This document shows, piece by piece, positions 9,951 to 20,786 of a stretch of DNA of 64,000 nucleotides (position 1 is its first letter; each line of letters opens with the position of its first letter). The DNA lies in contig CAWBYW010000011.1 of NCBI GenBank assembly GCA_963792965.1, forward strand, positions 64,001 through 128,000, written 5' to 3'. The position numbers and the translations under genes were made by a program. Source of the stretch: an uncultured delta proteobacterium. GTDB taxonomy: Bacteria > Desulfobacterota > Zymogenia > Zymogenales > Zymogenaceae. Under the pieces are notes generated by a model. That model made no database searches. It worked only from the letters and a program-made list of their open reading frames with translations, and was not told the DNA's origin.

Positions 9951-10442
9951 CTACCCCGTGGGGTCCTTCTCAGGCTCCGCCTCTCCGGAAATTATATCGA
10001 CAAGCCGGTCGATGAATACCATCTGTCCCTTGAGGAGCTTCTCTCTGGCCGCGGGTATCCCAAACCACGCGGCCCTGTCTACCTCGGGGAACTCCTGCTC
10101 CTTGCCCGATCCGGGCGGCCATTCGAGTACGAAGGTGTTGCTCTTGATCGTGGAAGGGTCGCAGTCTCGCTGGTGCGCCCATACGTGTACTACCTTACCG
10201 CCGGGCTGCTTGACGCTGCCGAGCGGGGTGAATGTCCCGTCGACGTGAACTCCTGTCTCCTCGAAGAACTCGCGCTTTGCCGCGCTCAATGCGTCTTCGT
10301 CCTCCGTGAATTCGCCCTTGGGGATCGACCATGCGCCGTCGTCTTTCTTCGCCCAAAAAGGCCCTCCCGGGTGAACCAGAAACAGCTCGAGGATCGCTCC
10401 GTTGAAGCGAAACAGCAGGATCCCGGCGCTCTGCCTCGGCAT
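9951..10442 (-). CDS. NUDIX hydrolase (HPGGP subfamily)
   Basis: MPRQSAGILLFR start, LVHPGGPFW, WSIPKGE...AAKREFFEETG Nudix box, FPEVDRA. Confidence 0.9.
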   Translation of the reverse strand: MPRQSAGILLFRFNGAILELFLVHPGGPFWAKKDDGAWSIPKGEFTEDEDALSAAKREFFEETGVHVDGTFTPLGSVKQPGGKVVHVWAHQRDCDPSTIKSNTFVLEWPPGSGKEQEFPEVDRAAWFGIPAAREKLLKGQMVFIDRLVDIISGEAEPEKDPTG

Positions 10443-10603
10443 TCTATCTTCTCCCGTGTATTGACTGACGCACAGTGGGAACGGCAAGGTGAGAATCAAA
10501 TCAGAGAGGGAGGTCTCCTCTCGTCTCTCTCCGCACGAGTCGGAAGGCTGGACAGAGCCAAGAGGAGACCTCAAAATAGGGGGTCGTGTCTCATCGATCC
10601 CCT

Positions 10604-11705
10604 CTACTCGAAATACGCCATCTCCACCCCGCGATCGCGCAGCCCCTTCAGGAAGGGCTCCGGGTCCTTGAGGAGACGCTCGGGGGCGTAGACGCCGCCG
10701 GGCAGGTCCTTGAACTTCCCTTTCGTGAGCCACACGGCCGCCTGTAGGCACGGCGCCGAGGTGATGTGCGCGATGTGGCCGACGTAGGTGTAGTGGACCC
10801 GCTTCTCCTTCCCCTTGTGCGTTCCCCACACCTCGACATACCCCACGGATTTGTCCGGCGCGCTGTCGCTCTGGAACAGCGGGAGGATCGGCTTGACGAC
10901 GGCAAAGAGGCGCCGCCGGCGTACGTCGGTCTGGGTGAGGCGCAGCGCCGCCAGGAAGCGGACGGTCATGACGTCGAAGACCGGCCTTACCCCGCCGTGG
11001 ACGCTGACGTATTTCAGACCCTTGAGGTTTTTCGGCAGGCTCACCGACTCGGCGTGGCCGGTGTAAAAAACGGGGAGCCTCCCGATAGGCGGCGGAAAGT
11101 CAACGATCTTCTTGCCCTTGCCGCACGGGACATATTGTTCGTGCCCGTCGCGCCACTGGAGCGTCTTCCCCGATAGGAGGTGAAACAGGTGCAGGATGTT
11201 GGCAGGCCCCACCGGCTCGTTTGACCCGGCCGCCCAGTTGACCGATATCCCCTCGGGGGCGTCCATCGTCAGGTAACCCTTCTTCGACAGGATCTGGGTG
11301 AGGCCCGGGGAGTTGCCGAAGCCGCTGAGTATCTTGACGCCCTTCTTCTTCGCCCTTCCGTCGAGCTTCTCGACGGCAAGGTAGGCGTCGTAATCGTCGG
11401 CGATCGAGATGTAGTCTACGCCGGCGTCGATGGCGGCGTCGGCCACGGGCGCCTCGAACCGGTAGAAAGGGCCGACGTAGCTGATAACGACGTCGTTTCC
11501 CTTCATAAGCTTCACCAGACCCTCACGGTCCGTGACGTCGGCTTTAGCGGCCGAGAACTTCTTGCCGTGGGCCGCCGCCTTTCTCTTTTGCCTTTTGCTC
11601 GTCGAGGTCGGCAACGACGACCGACGTGACGTCGGCATCCTTTTCCATCAACTCGAGCATGGTCGCGGCCATGTCCCCAGCACCGCCCAAGAACAGAATT
11701 TTCAC
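10604..11705 (-). CDS. Saccharopine dehydrogenase-like NAD(P)-binding oxidoreductase; frameshift near 11585
   Basis: GTG start after AGGAGG gives MKILFLGGAGDMA (Rossmann fold). The downstream frame carries VGPFYRF, GVDYISIADD, GFGNSPGL and GVYAPE. Confidence 0.8.
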
Positions 11706-11752
11706 GATAATACCTCCTATTAATCAGGTGAACGAAATCGACTATATGTGCC

Positions 11753-12154
11753 TTACTTCTTCTTCTGTGAGAAGTAGGCCTTCATCGGGGTGAAGTAGAA
11801 ATCGATCCACCCCTGCTTGTAGTTCTCACCCTGGCCGTCCGGGATGTTCGTATGGACGAGGGTGATTTTCGTGCCCTCCTTGACTTCTTCAAGGATCACC
11901 TCTATCTCCGAGTCGGGGGCATCGTCCGGGAACTCGGTGGTGCGCCACGCCTGGACGATACGCGTGAACGGCTCAACAAGGATCGTCGTCCCCGAGATAT
12001 AGTCGTCCCAGGCGGTGAACTTTCCGCCGACCCGACCGTCGACGACGGCCTTTGACCCCGTGAAGGCGCTGTGTTTTTCGCTGTCGAGCCAGGCCTCATA
12101 GATCACTTTCGGCTTTGCCGGCAGCACATCAGAGACTTTTATTCGGTCCGCCAT
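11753..12154 (-). CDS. SRPBCC/AHSA1-like domain protein
   Basis: IYEAWLDS, GGKFTAWDDYISG, RIVQAWRT, TKITLVHTNIP, GWIDFYF. GGAGG RBS. Confidence 0.88.
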   Translation of the reverse strand: MADRIKVSDVLPAKPKVIYEAWLDSEKHSAFTGSKAVVDGRVGGKFTAWDDYISGTTILVEPFTRIVQAWRTTEFPDDAPDSEIEVILEEVKEGTKITLVHTNIPDGQGENYKQGWIDFYFTPMKAYFSQKKK

Positions 12155-12340
12155 GGTCGTTCCCTCCTGTGTGAATTCCGATATTAAAATAATACGCCGT
12201 TTTTGTGGCGGGGTCAATGAAGCAAGATAGGGGAGACGAAAAAAGGGGGAAGCGGCTGAAATCGGCAAGGACTCGGGTTGCATATTCCAGCGTCCCGTGC
12301 TATACAGAAATGAACAGATTTTTCATTCATGAGGTGTGCC

Positions 12341-14025
12341 ATGAATCGCAAGAGGTTTATAGCGTTAGTTCCCTTGCTGCTCGTCGTTGCATTCTTCGCG
12401 GCGTCCTGTGCAATCATCACGCCCGTACCGGTCGGGGCAAAGCACCTGGCCATCGTCGATACGTCCGACATCCACAGCTTCGTGCTCCCCTATGAGGCGA
12501 CCGTTATCAAGGACGACGGTACCCAGGTGAAAATGCTCATCGGCGGGATGGACCATATCGCCGCCGTCGCAAAGCGGGAACGGGAAGTAACAGACGGGAC
12601 GCTTCTGGTCGCCTCCGGCGACATTCTCATGGGTAATTTCTACCGGATATTCGGCGGCGTTCCCGAGATCACCTCCATGAACCTGTCCGGCTACGACGTG
12701 GTGACGCCCGGCAACCACGACTTCGACTTCGGGGTCGACTTCTACAAAAAGGCCATGAAGAACGCCGCGTTTCCCATAGTCTGCTCGAACATTACTTTTG
12801 AGGACAAGGAGCTTTCCTCCCGAGTGGTCCCCTACATCATTAAGGAGGTTGGAGGGATAAAAGTCGGCATCTTCGGGCTCATGACGCCGGACCTTGTCCG
12901 GGTGTCGTCCGTGGGACCGACCGTCACCGTCGATCCCGACCTGACGTCGGTCTCGATCGAGATGGTCAGGACGCTCAGGGAGAAGGGCGCCGATATCGTC
13001 GTCGCGCTTACCCACACGGGCAAGCTCCTGGACGAAGACCTCGCGCGGGAGGTCGCGGGCATAGACATCATTGTCGGTGGCCACAGCCATGACACCTTTT
13101 ACGAGAAGATCAAGGGCCCCAACGGCTGGAAGACGGTCATCGTCCAGGCGGGGGTATACGGCAGGGAGGCGGGGGTCCTCTCGTTTGACGTCGCCGGCGG
13201 ACGGGTGACCAGGTCCCGCTGGGAGTTGGTTCTCATGGATGCGGAGGCGGGCAGTGATCCGACCGTGGCCGCGTACCTGTCACCCTATAAAGCCAAGATG
13301 GAGGAGAGCCTGAAACGGCCCGTCGGCGAGACGCTTGTGGACCTCGACGCCATGTCCGCCGACGTTCGATCGAAGGAAAACAACCTCGGCGATCTCGTCG
13401 CTGATGCGTGGGCGGACCGGTTCGCAAGAAAGGGCAACCACATCCCATCGTCCTGATCAACGGGGGCGCGATCCGAGGCGACACGACCTTCAAGAAGGGG
13501 CCCATAACCTACGGGGACCTTCTAACGATCCATTCCATCGCCAATACGATCTATGAGGTCAGCCTCACGGGCAAGACCCTCCTTTCCGTGCTCGAGATGA
13601 GCGCATCGGCAATCCGCGTTGCGGGCGACGGCTGCCTCGAGGGGGAGCGTGTCCCCACGGGCGGTTTTCTGCAGGTGAGCGGCCTCAGGATGGTGATCAA
13701 TTCGGTGGGTCGGCCGTTCTGCGCCGAGTTCGAGGGGAAAGACCTGAAGCAGATCATCTTCCCGGGAGAGCGGCTCGTCCGGGCCGAGGTCATGGAGAAC
13801 GGGAAGTGGGTGCCGGTCAGGGGAGACAGGACCTATACGGTCCTGGTCACCTCATGGACCGCGGGGGGTGGCGATGGGTACTTTCCCTTCATGACCGCCA
13901 AGAAAAAGGACACGAAGGTAGATATCGTCGATGTCCTGTCCGCGTACATCAAAAAGAGGAGTCCCGTCAACCCGGTGACGGACGGGAGGATCGTGATCGA
14001 GGGGATGCCCGGAGGGGAGAAATAG
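12341..14025 (+). CDS. Bifunctional metallophosphatase/5'-nucleotidase lipoprotein; frameshift near 13430
   Basis: Lipobox FAASC, then SDIHS, SGD, PGNHDFDFG, LTHTG and GGHSHD. The C-terminal domain (INGGAIRGD, FLQVSG, GGDGY) is in ORF 13408..14025. Confidence 0.88.
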
Positions 14026-14038
14026 GACTCGATAAGGG

Positions 14039-14073
14039 GAAAAAAGAAGGCCGGGACGATTTCGTCCCGGCCT
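14039..14073 (-). terminator. Rho-independent terminator between convergent genes
   Basis: Stem AGGCCGGGACGA/TCGTCCCGGCCT, followed on the minus strand by TCTTTTTT. Confidence 0.75.
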
Positions 14074-14215
14074 CTCCGTTTAGTCTCGCTTCATTCGTTG
14101 TGCAACCGGCATTCAGGGATATCTTACCATCCCATACGCATCGCAGTCAGCCGTTCGTGCTCGGTTTAATATTTACTGTGCCGCATGTCCCGATCGAAAG
14201 GCATACGAAAAGGAG

Positions 14216-14506
14216 TCACCGTGACAGCAGCTCTTTTACCTCCTGTTTCCCTTCGTCGAGCTCTCTTTGTTGCTCCTTATCCGATTCCAAGAGGAGGGTA
14301 AGAAATTCGCCGACGTGCTCCTTTTCTTCCTTGGCGACGTCAAGGAGGACGCGCCTGATCCGCTTGTCGCCCGAAAGCGCCGCCATCTGCTCGTAGAGGT
14401 TTATCGCGTCAAGCTCGGCGATAATCCCGGCTCGGAGGATCTCGTTATCGATATCCTCTCTCTTTATTTTTTCCAGATCAATAGGTACCTTGGATAGCAT
14501 CTTCAC
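14216..14506 (-). CDS. Small ferritin-like protein, encapsulin-associated ferritin (EncFtn/Flp) type
   Basis: ILRAGIIAELDAINLYEQMA and EEKEHVGEF two-helix di-iron motifs, 96 aa. Confidence 0.8.
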   Translation of the reverse strand: MKMLSKVPIDLEKIKREDIDNEILRAGIIAELDAINLYEQMAALSGDKRIRRVLLDVAKEEKEHVGEFLTLLLESDKEQQRELDEGKQEVKELLSR

Positions 14507-14576
14507 CCCCGATATGAAATTGTGTATATAAGAAAAGATACGTTACAGGCGGCGTGCGCGTCGGCACAGGGTCATC

Positions 14577-16244
14577 TCAGGTCGATTCCCATTTCTTCAA
14601 TATCTCCATCACCTCCTGCGGTGTCTCGGCGGTCCTGAGGAGATCGACAAGGTAGCGCTGCCGTGCGGCGCCGCTGGCCACGCTCAGGACCCTCACCTGC
14701 AAGTCCGGCATGTGGGCCGGGGTCAGGATCAGGAAAATGAGCTCGATCGGCTTTTCGACCTCGACCCCTTCCACCCCCCACTGGGCGATCCCGAGGGCGA
14801 GGACGGCACGGTCAAGCCCGCTCAGCCGCACGTGGGGGAAGGCGGTACCCTCGTTGAAGAAGGTCGACCCCTGTTGCTCCCGGACGAGAAGTGCATCGAG
14901 CACGTTCTTCCATTCTTCCTTTAGTCCGGCATCTTCGCATGATTTCTTGACCAGCTCGCGCAATGCGTCGTCCTTCTTTACGGGCTTTTTCCAGATGACG
15001 ATCCGCCCGGTCGTCAAGAGGGCGCTGAGCGACGTCCCCGTATCTCTTTGTTCGGGGACGAGTGGCGGCTTCTTGCTGAAGATGCTCAACACTCTTTTCG
15101 TCCCGGACGGCAGATTCTCGTCGTGAGTATCAAGCACGATGATCGTGATGTCCTGAGCATTTTGGATGAGCCTTCCCACGACGGACTCTTTTCCCATGAG
15201 CCTCTCATAGAAGGGGAGTACGGTGGGTGTGCCCACAACAATATGTCCCACCCGATACTCCCTGGCGAACTGGAGGATCGTCCCGGAGATATCGGTACCT
15301 TTGAAGGTGAAAACGATCGCCCCAAGCTGCTTTGCCAGCGTGAGTGTATCGGAGAGCACTCGCTGAGTATGGGCGTCAATCGCGGTCGGTTCCTCATGCG
15401 GGGCCTGGACGTAGAGGGCATACCAGTTGCGGTTGAGTCTTCCCGCCAGGCGCGACGCGTAGCGGAGGAGCTTCTCACTCTTGGGGCTTCGAGAGCTCAG
15501 GCATACCATGACCTGATCCGGCGCGGCGGGCGCCTCCTCCTCGAAGGGCTCGCGCTGTCTAATGTCGATCTGGGAGGCAAGCTCCCTGAGGGTCAGCTCT
15601 CTGAGCTGGTCGAGGTTGGGCCGAGTAAAGAAGTTTTCAGAGGCCGTCTGGATTCGATCCTTCGGATAGATTTTCCCCTCCCTCAGACGCTTGATCAAAT
15701 CTTCCGCGGTCAGGTCGATATTGACAATCTGGTCGGCTTCGGCAAGTACGGTGTCGGGGATTCGCTCGCGCACCTTCACGCCCACGAGCCGCTCGACAGT
15801 ATCGTAGAGGCTTTCGATATGCTGGACGTTGAGGGTGCTGACGACATGGATCCCGGAGGCGAGGATGTCCTGAACATCCTGATATCGTTTCGTGTTTCTG
15901 CTCCCCGGAACGTTGGTATGGGCAATCTCGTCGATGAGCGCAATCTCGGGCTTCCGCGCGATGACTGCGTCACAGTCCATCTCCTCGACTCTTATTCCCC
16001 GGTATTCTATGGCGCGCCGTGGAACTACCTCCAGTCCTTCGACGAGCCGGGCCGTTTCCGGCCGCCCATGGCTTTCCACGAGGCCCACGACCACGTCCAG
16101 CCCCTCCTTGAGGAGCTGGTGGCCTTCCTGGAGCATCTGGTACGTCTTTCCCACCCCGGCGCAGTAGCCCAGATAGATCTTGAGCCTTCCGCGCTGCGAG
16201 CGCCTGATCATCCGCAGGAAATTATCCGCTCTGCTTTCAAACAT
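14577..16244 (-). CDS. kdpD: Soluble KdpD N-terminal domain + Usp domain + PTS EIIA (Ntr/Fru-type) fusion, without transmembrane or kinase domains
   Basis: GRLKIYLGYCAGVGKTYQML, DEIAHTN and TLNVQHIESL (KdpD). VMVCLSS...HIVVG (Usp). REQQGSTFFNEGTAFPH (EIIA with the phospho-His). Confidence 0.85.
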   Translation of the reverse strand: MFESRADNFLRMIRRSQRGRLKIYLGYCAGVGKTYQMLQEGHQLLKEGLDVVVGLVESHGRPETARLVEGLEVVPRRAIEYRGIRVEEMDCDAVIARKPEIALIDEIAHTNVPGSRNTKRYQDVQDILASGIHVVSTLNVQHIESLYDTVERLVGVKVRERIPDTVLAEADQIVNIDLTAEDLIKRLREGKIYPKDRIQTASENFFTRPNLDQLRELTLRELASQIDIRQREPFEEEAPAAPDQVMVCLSSRSPKSEKLLRYASRLAGRLNRNWYALYVQAPHEEPTAIDAHTQRVLSDTLTLAKQLGAIVFTFKGTDISGTILQFAREYRVGHIVVGTPTVLPFYERLMGKESVVGRLIQNAQDITIIVLDTHDENLPSGTKRVLSIFSKKPPLVPEQRDTGTSLSALLTTGRIVIWKKPVKKDDALRELVKKSCEDAGLKEEWKNVLDALLVREQQGSTFFNEGTAFPHVRLSGLDRAVLALGIAQWGVEGVEVEKPIELIFLILTPAHMPDLQVRVLSVASGAARQRYLVDLLRTAETPQEVMEILKKWEST

Positions 16245-16250
16245 ATTTCT

Positions 16251-16826
16251 TTAGTTAAGCTCGTCAAGAGCCAGATTGAGTTTTACGATATTGACGCGCG
16301 GCCGTCCGAGTATCCAAAGGCCGCGACCTTCGATATGGGCCGTGATCATCTCACGGACGAAGAGCTCGGTGAGCCCGCGCGCCTTGGCGACCCTCTTTGC
16401 CTGAAGCAGGGCGTTTTCGACGCTGATATGCGGATCAAGGCCGCTGCCCGAGGCGGTGACGGCATCGACAGGTATCGGACTGTCGGGGGCGAGTCCGTTT
16501 TCCTGCCGGTAGAGTGACGCGCGCTCGCCGATCGAATCGATGAGTTTTTTCGACAACGGGCCGAGATTACTTCCCCCCGAGCCGGATGGGTTATACTCCA
16601 CGGCGGAGGGGCGGGGATGGAAGTAGTTCTCTCCCTTAAAAGGCTGGGCGAGCAACTCGCTGGCGATGGTCTTACCTCCAGCGGTAATCAACGATCCCTC
16701 CGCCTTGGCGGGGAACAAGACGTGGGCAACCCCCCACACGACGAGCGGGTAGACCCCACACGTCACTACAGCGATAATGGCCGTGATGATACAGGCCCTC
16801 TTAATCTCCACAAGCAGGCTCTTCAT
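16251..16826 (-). CDS. kdpC: K+-transporting ATPase subunit C
   Basis: YFHPRPSA, SGGSNLGP, DAVTASGSGLDPHIS, VNIVKLNLALD. Confidence 0.97.
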   Translation of the reverse strand: MKSLLVEIKRACIITAIIAVVTCGVYPLVVWGVAHVLFPAKAEGSLITAGGKTIASELLAQPFKGENYFHPRPSAVEYNPSGSGGSNLGPLSKKLIDSIGERASLYRQENGLAPDSPIPVDAVTASGSGLDPHISVENALLQAKRVAKARGLTELFVREMITAHIEGRGLWILGRPRVNIVKLNLALDELN

Positions 16827-16841
16827 TGCCGTCTTTCTCCC

Positions 16842-18863
16842 TTACAGATGAGAAAGAAAAGTGATACAGAGATCGATCAACTTGATCCCCACGAATGGGG
16901 CGACGATGCCGCCCATTCCGTATATGAGAAGGTTGCGCCGGAGGAGACTCTCGGCGCTCAACGGCCGAAACCTAACCCCTTTGAGCGCGAGGGGTATCAG
17001 GGCGACGATGATCAGGGCGTTGAAGATGACCGCGCTCAGCACAGCGCTTTGAGGCGAGGTGAGACCCATGATGTTAAAAGGGGCGATCACCGGGAACGAT
17101 CCGACGAGCATTGCCGGGATGATGGCGAAATATTTTGCCACGTCGTTGGCGACCGAAAAAGTAGTCAGCGCCCCGCGCGTCATCAACATCTGTTTGCCGG
17201 TCTCGATAATCTCGATGAGCTTGGTCGGGTTTGAATCGAGGTCCACCATGTTCCCCGCTTCCTTGGCGGCCTGCGTGCCCGTATTCATGGCAACACCCAC
17301 GTCGGCCTGGGCCAAGGCGGGCGCATCGTTGGTGCCGTCTCCGGTCATGGCGACGAGATGCCCGACGCCCTGCTCGTTGCGGATAAGAGAGAGCTTATCC
17401 TCGGGCCTTGCCTCCGCAAGAAATTCATCCACGCCCGATTCTTTCGCGATGGCCTGTGCGGTAAGCCGGTTGTCTCCGGTAATCATTACGGTCTTTATCC
17501 CCATGGCGCGAAGGCGCATGAACCGGTCGCTGATTCCCCCCTTGACGATGTCCTTGAGGTGAATGACGCCGAGGCATTCATTGTTTCGTGCCACGACGAG
17601 GGGTGTCCCGCCGGAGCCGGCGATTGCGGCCACGCACCGCTCGGTCTCGGGAGGGAAGTCGGCGCCAATAAAAGTGCGAACAGCGTCGGCCGCTCCCTTT
17701 CGGATGATTTCCCCGCCCATGTCCACACCGCTCATCCTGGTCTGCGCCGAGAACCCGATGAAAACGGCGCCCGGCAGCTCCGCGATCGATCTGCCCCTGA
17801 GGCCGTATTGCTTGGCCAAAACGACAATGCTCCTCCCCTCGGGCGTTTCGTCGGCCAGGGAGGCAAGCTGCGCCGCCTCCGCGAGCCGTTCAATGGAGAC
17901 ACCCGGGGCCGGAGTGAGCTCGACGGCCTGCCGGTTGCCGAGCGTGATGGTCCCGGTTTTGTCCAGGAGCAATACGTCCACATCTCCTGCCGCCTCCACC
18001 GCTCGTCCGCTCATGGCCAACACGTTTTTTTGGAATAACCGGTCTATGCCGGCGATCCCGATCGCCGAGAGGAGCCCGCCGATCGTGGTGGGAATGAGGC
18101 AGACGAGGAGCGACACGAGGATCGTCACCGAGAGTGGAACGGCCAGATAGACCCCGAAGAATTTCAGCGTGATCACCGCGATCAAAAATATTATCGTCAG
18201 GGCCGCAAGGAGGATCGTCAGGGCGATTTCGTTGGGAGTCTTCTGGCGCTGGGCGGCCTCGACCAGGAGAATCATCCGATCCAGGAAGCTCTCCCCGGGG
18301 TTTGACGTCACGCTAACCTTAATCATGTCCGACAGCACCCGTGTCCCCCCGGTGACGGCGCTCCTATCCCCGCCCGCCTCCCGGATGACCGGGGCCGATT
18401 CCCCCGTAATCGCGGATTCGTCGACCGTTGCGGCACCCTCGATGACGTCGCCGTCGGCCGGGATGATCCCGCCCGCGGAAACGATCACGAGGTCGCCCTT
18501 CCGTAGCTTCTCGGCGGGGATCTCCTCGGTGGCGCCGTCGGACCGCACACAGGTCGCCGTCGTTCTCGATCGTGTTTTTCTCAGCGCGCTGGCCTGCGCC
18601 TTTCCTCGGCCCTCGGCCATCGCCTCGGCGAAGTTGGCAAAGAGCACCGTAAACCAGAGCCAGAGCGCAATCTGGAGTACGAACGAAAATGACTCCCTAC
18701 CGCCGGGGATAAAGAGACCGATGGTGACGATCAGCGCGCCTATCTCGGTGACGAACATGACCGGGTTTTTCGCCATGTGCCGGGGGTTGAGCTTGGCGAC
18801 GGCATCGACGGTCGCCCGCCCCAGAATCGCCCGGTCGAAGATGGAGAACTCAATCTTGGCCAC
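16842..18863 (-). CDS. kdpB: K+-transporting ATPase subunit B (P-type ATPase)
   Basis: [36 protein letters not shown]. Confidence 0.98.
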   Translation of the reverse strand: MAKIEFSIFDRAILGRATVDAVAKLNPRHMAKNPVMFVTEIGALIVTIGLFIPGGRESFSFVLQIALWLWFTVLFANFAEAMAEGRGKAQASALRKTRSRTTATCVRSDGATEEIPAEKLRKGDLVIVSAGGIIPADGDVIEGAATVDESAITGESAPVIREAGGDRSAVTGGTRVLSDMIKVSVTSNPGESFLDRMILLVEAAQRQKTPNEIALTILLAALTIIFLIAVITLKFFGVYLAVPLSVTILVSLLVCLIPTTIGGLLSAIGIAGIDRLFQKNVLAMSGRAVEAAGDVDVLLLDKTGTITLGNRQAVELTPAPGVSIERLAEAAQLASLADETPEGRSIVVLAKQYGLRGRSIAELPGAVFIGFSAQTRMSGVDMGGEIIRKGAADAVRTFIGADFPPETERCVAAIAGSGGTPLVVARNNECLGVIHLKDIVKGGISDRFMRLRAMGIKTVMITGDNRLTAQAIAKESGVDEFLAEARPEDKLSLIRNEQGVGHLVAMTGDGTNDAPALAQADVGVAMNTGTQAAKEAGNMVDLDSNPTKLIEIIETGKQMLMTRGALTTFSVANDVAKYFAIIPAMLVGSFPVIAPFNIMGLTSPQSAVLSAVIFNALIIVALIPLALKGVRFRPLSAESLLRRNLLIYGMGGIVAPFVGIKLIDLCITFLSHL

Positions 18864-18875
18864 TGCCCCAATCCT

Positions 18876-20599
18876 CTAAAAGAGTATAGTGGAGAACTTC
18901 ATCAAAAAGTGCTCAAGTATCGGTCCCAGAGAGAGCGCCGGCAGGAACGTGAGGGCGCCGACTATCAGCACCACGCCCGTCAGGAGACAGACAAAGGTGA
19001 TGCCCCAGACGGGGAAACTACCGCTGCTGGGTGGGATCAGCCGCTTCTTCGCGAGATTTCCCGCAAGCGCCAGGACCGGAATAATAAACAGAATCCGCCC
19101 GGAGAGCATGGCAAGCCCGAGGGTGATGTTATACCAGGGGGTATCGCCGTTGATACCGGCAAAGGCGCTCCCGTTGTTTCCCGTGCACGAGGAAAAGGCG
19201 TAGAGTATCTCCGAAAAGCCGTGGGGGCCGGCATTACTCACGCCGCTCTTGCCCCAGTCGGTTACGACGGCCCATGCGGAAAACCCAAGTATCGACAACG
19301 TCAGGATCAGAATCGCGATAACGGCGGCCTTGACGTCGTAGGCCTCGATCTTTTTGCCGAGATATTCGGGTGTCCGGCCGACCATCAGGCCGGCGAGGAA
19401 CACGGTCAGGACGACGAAGACGAGCATCCCGTAAAGCCCCGAGCCCACGCCGCCGAAAATCACTTCGCCCAGCTCAATGTTGAGCAGCGGGACGAGGCCG
19501 CCGAGGGGAGTGAAGGAATCGTGCATGGCATTAACCGCGCCGCAGGAAGCGTCCGTCGTGACGGTCGCAAACAGGGCGGAATCGAAGATCCCGAACCTGA
19601 CCTCTTTCCCCTCCATGTTTCCGCCCGCGGGATCGACCCCTAAGGCGGTGATGCGTGGGTTGCCGGCGGACTCCGCCCACCAGCAGATGGAGAGGCCCAA
19701 CAGGAACAGGATCAGCATGGACTTCCAGACGGCCCATCCGTGTCTCTTGCTATTTACCATAAGACCGAAATAGTAGGTCAGGCCGCTCGGTATGAGGAAA
19801 ATGGCCAACATCATGACGAAATTCGACAGGGGGGTCGGGTTTTCGAGGGGGTGGGCGGCATTGGCGTTCATGAACCCCCCGCCGTTGGTGCCGAGCATCT
19901 TGATGGCGTCCTGAGACGCGAGCGGGCCCTCGGCGATTGCGTAGGTCGTTGACGGGTCCCCAACGGCCGTTATCTTAATATATGAGCTGAAATTCTGAAT
20001 CACCCCCTGGGAGACGAGAAAAACGGCCAGGATGAGCGAGAGGGGGAGCAACAGGAACAGGGTGCTCCGCACGAGATCGATCCAGAAGTTGCCGATCATC
20101 TGTGTGGTCTGACGGCTTATGCCCCTGGCCAGCGCGGCGGCAACCCCGAGACCTACCGCCGCCGACGTGAAATTATGGAGGACCAGCCCCACCATCTGGG
20201 AAAAATAGGAGAGGGTCGATTCCCCGGAATAGTTCTGCCAATTCGTATTGGTCGTGAAGCTCGCTGCGGTGTTGAAGGCAAGGCCCGGCTCAACCGGACC
20301 AAACCCCTCGGGGTTCAGGGGCAGAATATGCTGAAGGCGGAGGATCGCGTAGGTAAACAAAAGGGATACGAGGCTGAAGGCGATCAGCGAAAAGGCGTAC
20401 TGCTTCCAGTCCTGTTCCTTTCCGGGATCTATCCCCACCACCCGATAAATCGCCCGCTCGATGGGTCCGCAAAAGAAAATCGAGGAACGTCTTCGCCCGA
20501 CGGATCCAGGACACGTCGGAGATAGGCTCCCATCGGTTTGGTGAGGACAATAAGCAGGATCACAAAGAGCGCCAGCTCGCACAAACTATAGATATCCAT
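18876..20599 (-). CDS. kdpA: K+-transporting ATPase subunit A; frameshift near 20490
   Basis: The N-terminus MDIYSLCELALFVILL is in a second frame. The main frame has FTTNTNWQNYSGE, LGTNGGGF, FGGVGSG and NNGSAFAG. Confidence 0.96.
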
Positions 20600-20615
20600 G
20601 CCTGTCTCCCTGCCC

Positions 20616-20699
20616 TTAGAATCGCTCGGGGCGCGCGATGACGAAAAGTAAGAAGATGATGAGCCCGACCCCGATGATGCCGACAATCGTGTCAAACAT
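20616..20699 (-). CDS. kdpF: K+-transporting ATPase subunit F (27 aa)
   Basis: MFDTIVGIIGVGLIIFLLFVIARPERF: hydrophobic peptide with the KdpF C-terminal PERF motif, directly upstream of kdpA. Confidence 0.9.
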   Translation of the reverse strand: MFDTIVGIIGVGLIIFLLFVIARPERF

Positions 20700-20702
20700 G
20701 AT

Positions 20703-20786
20703 CTATAACCTCTCGAACATGCGAATGAATAGTACGCAGAAAGAGAAGAAAAGAAGGATCAGGCAGATATAGATAATATCGATCAT
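20703..20786 (-). CDS. Second small membrane peptide upstream of kdpF (27 aa)
   Basis: MIDIIYICLILLFFSFCVLFIRMFERL, preceded by a purine-rich AAGGGGGA. It is in frame with the kinase ORF in this assembly. Confidence 0.6.
   Translation of the reverse strand: MIDIIYICLILLFFSFCVLFIRMFERL

Noticed and set aside
9951-10829. 292-aa extended NUDIX ORF
   Set aside because: The extension overlaps the saccharopine dehydrogenase-like gene in another frame. The family start MPRQSAG is at 10442.
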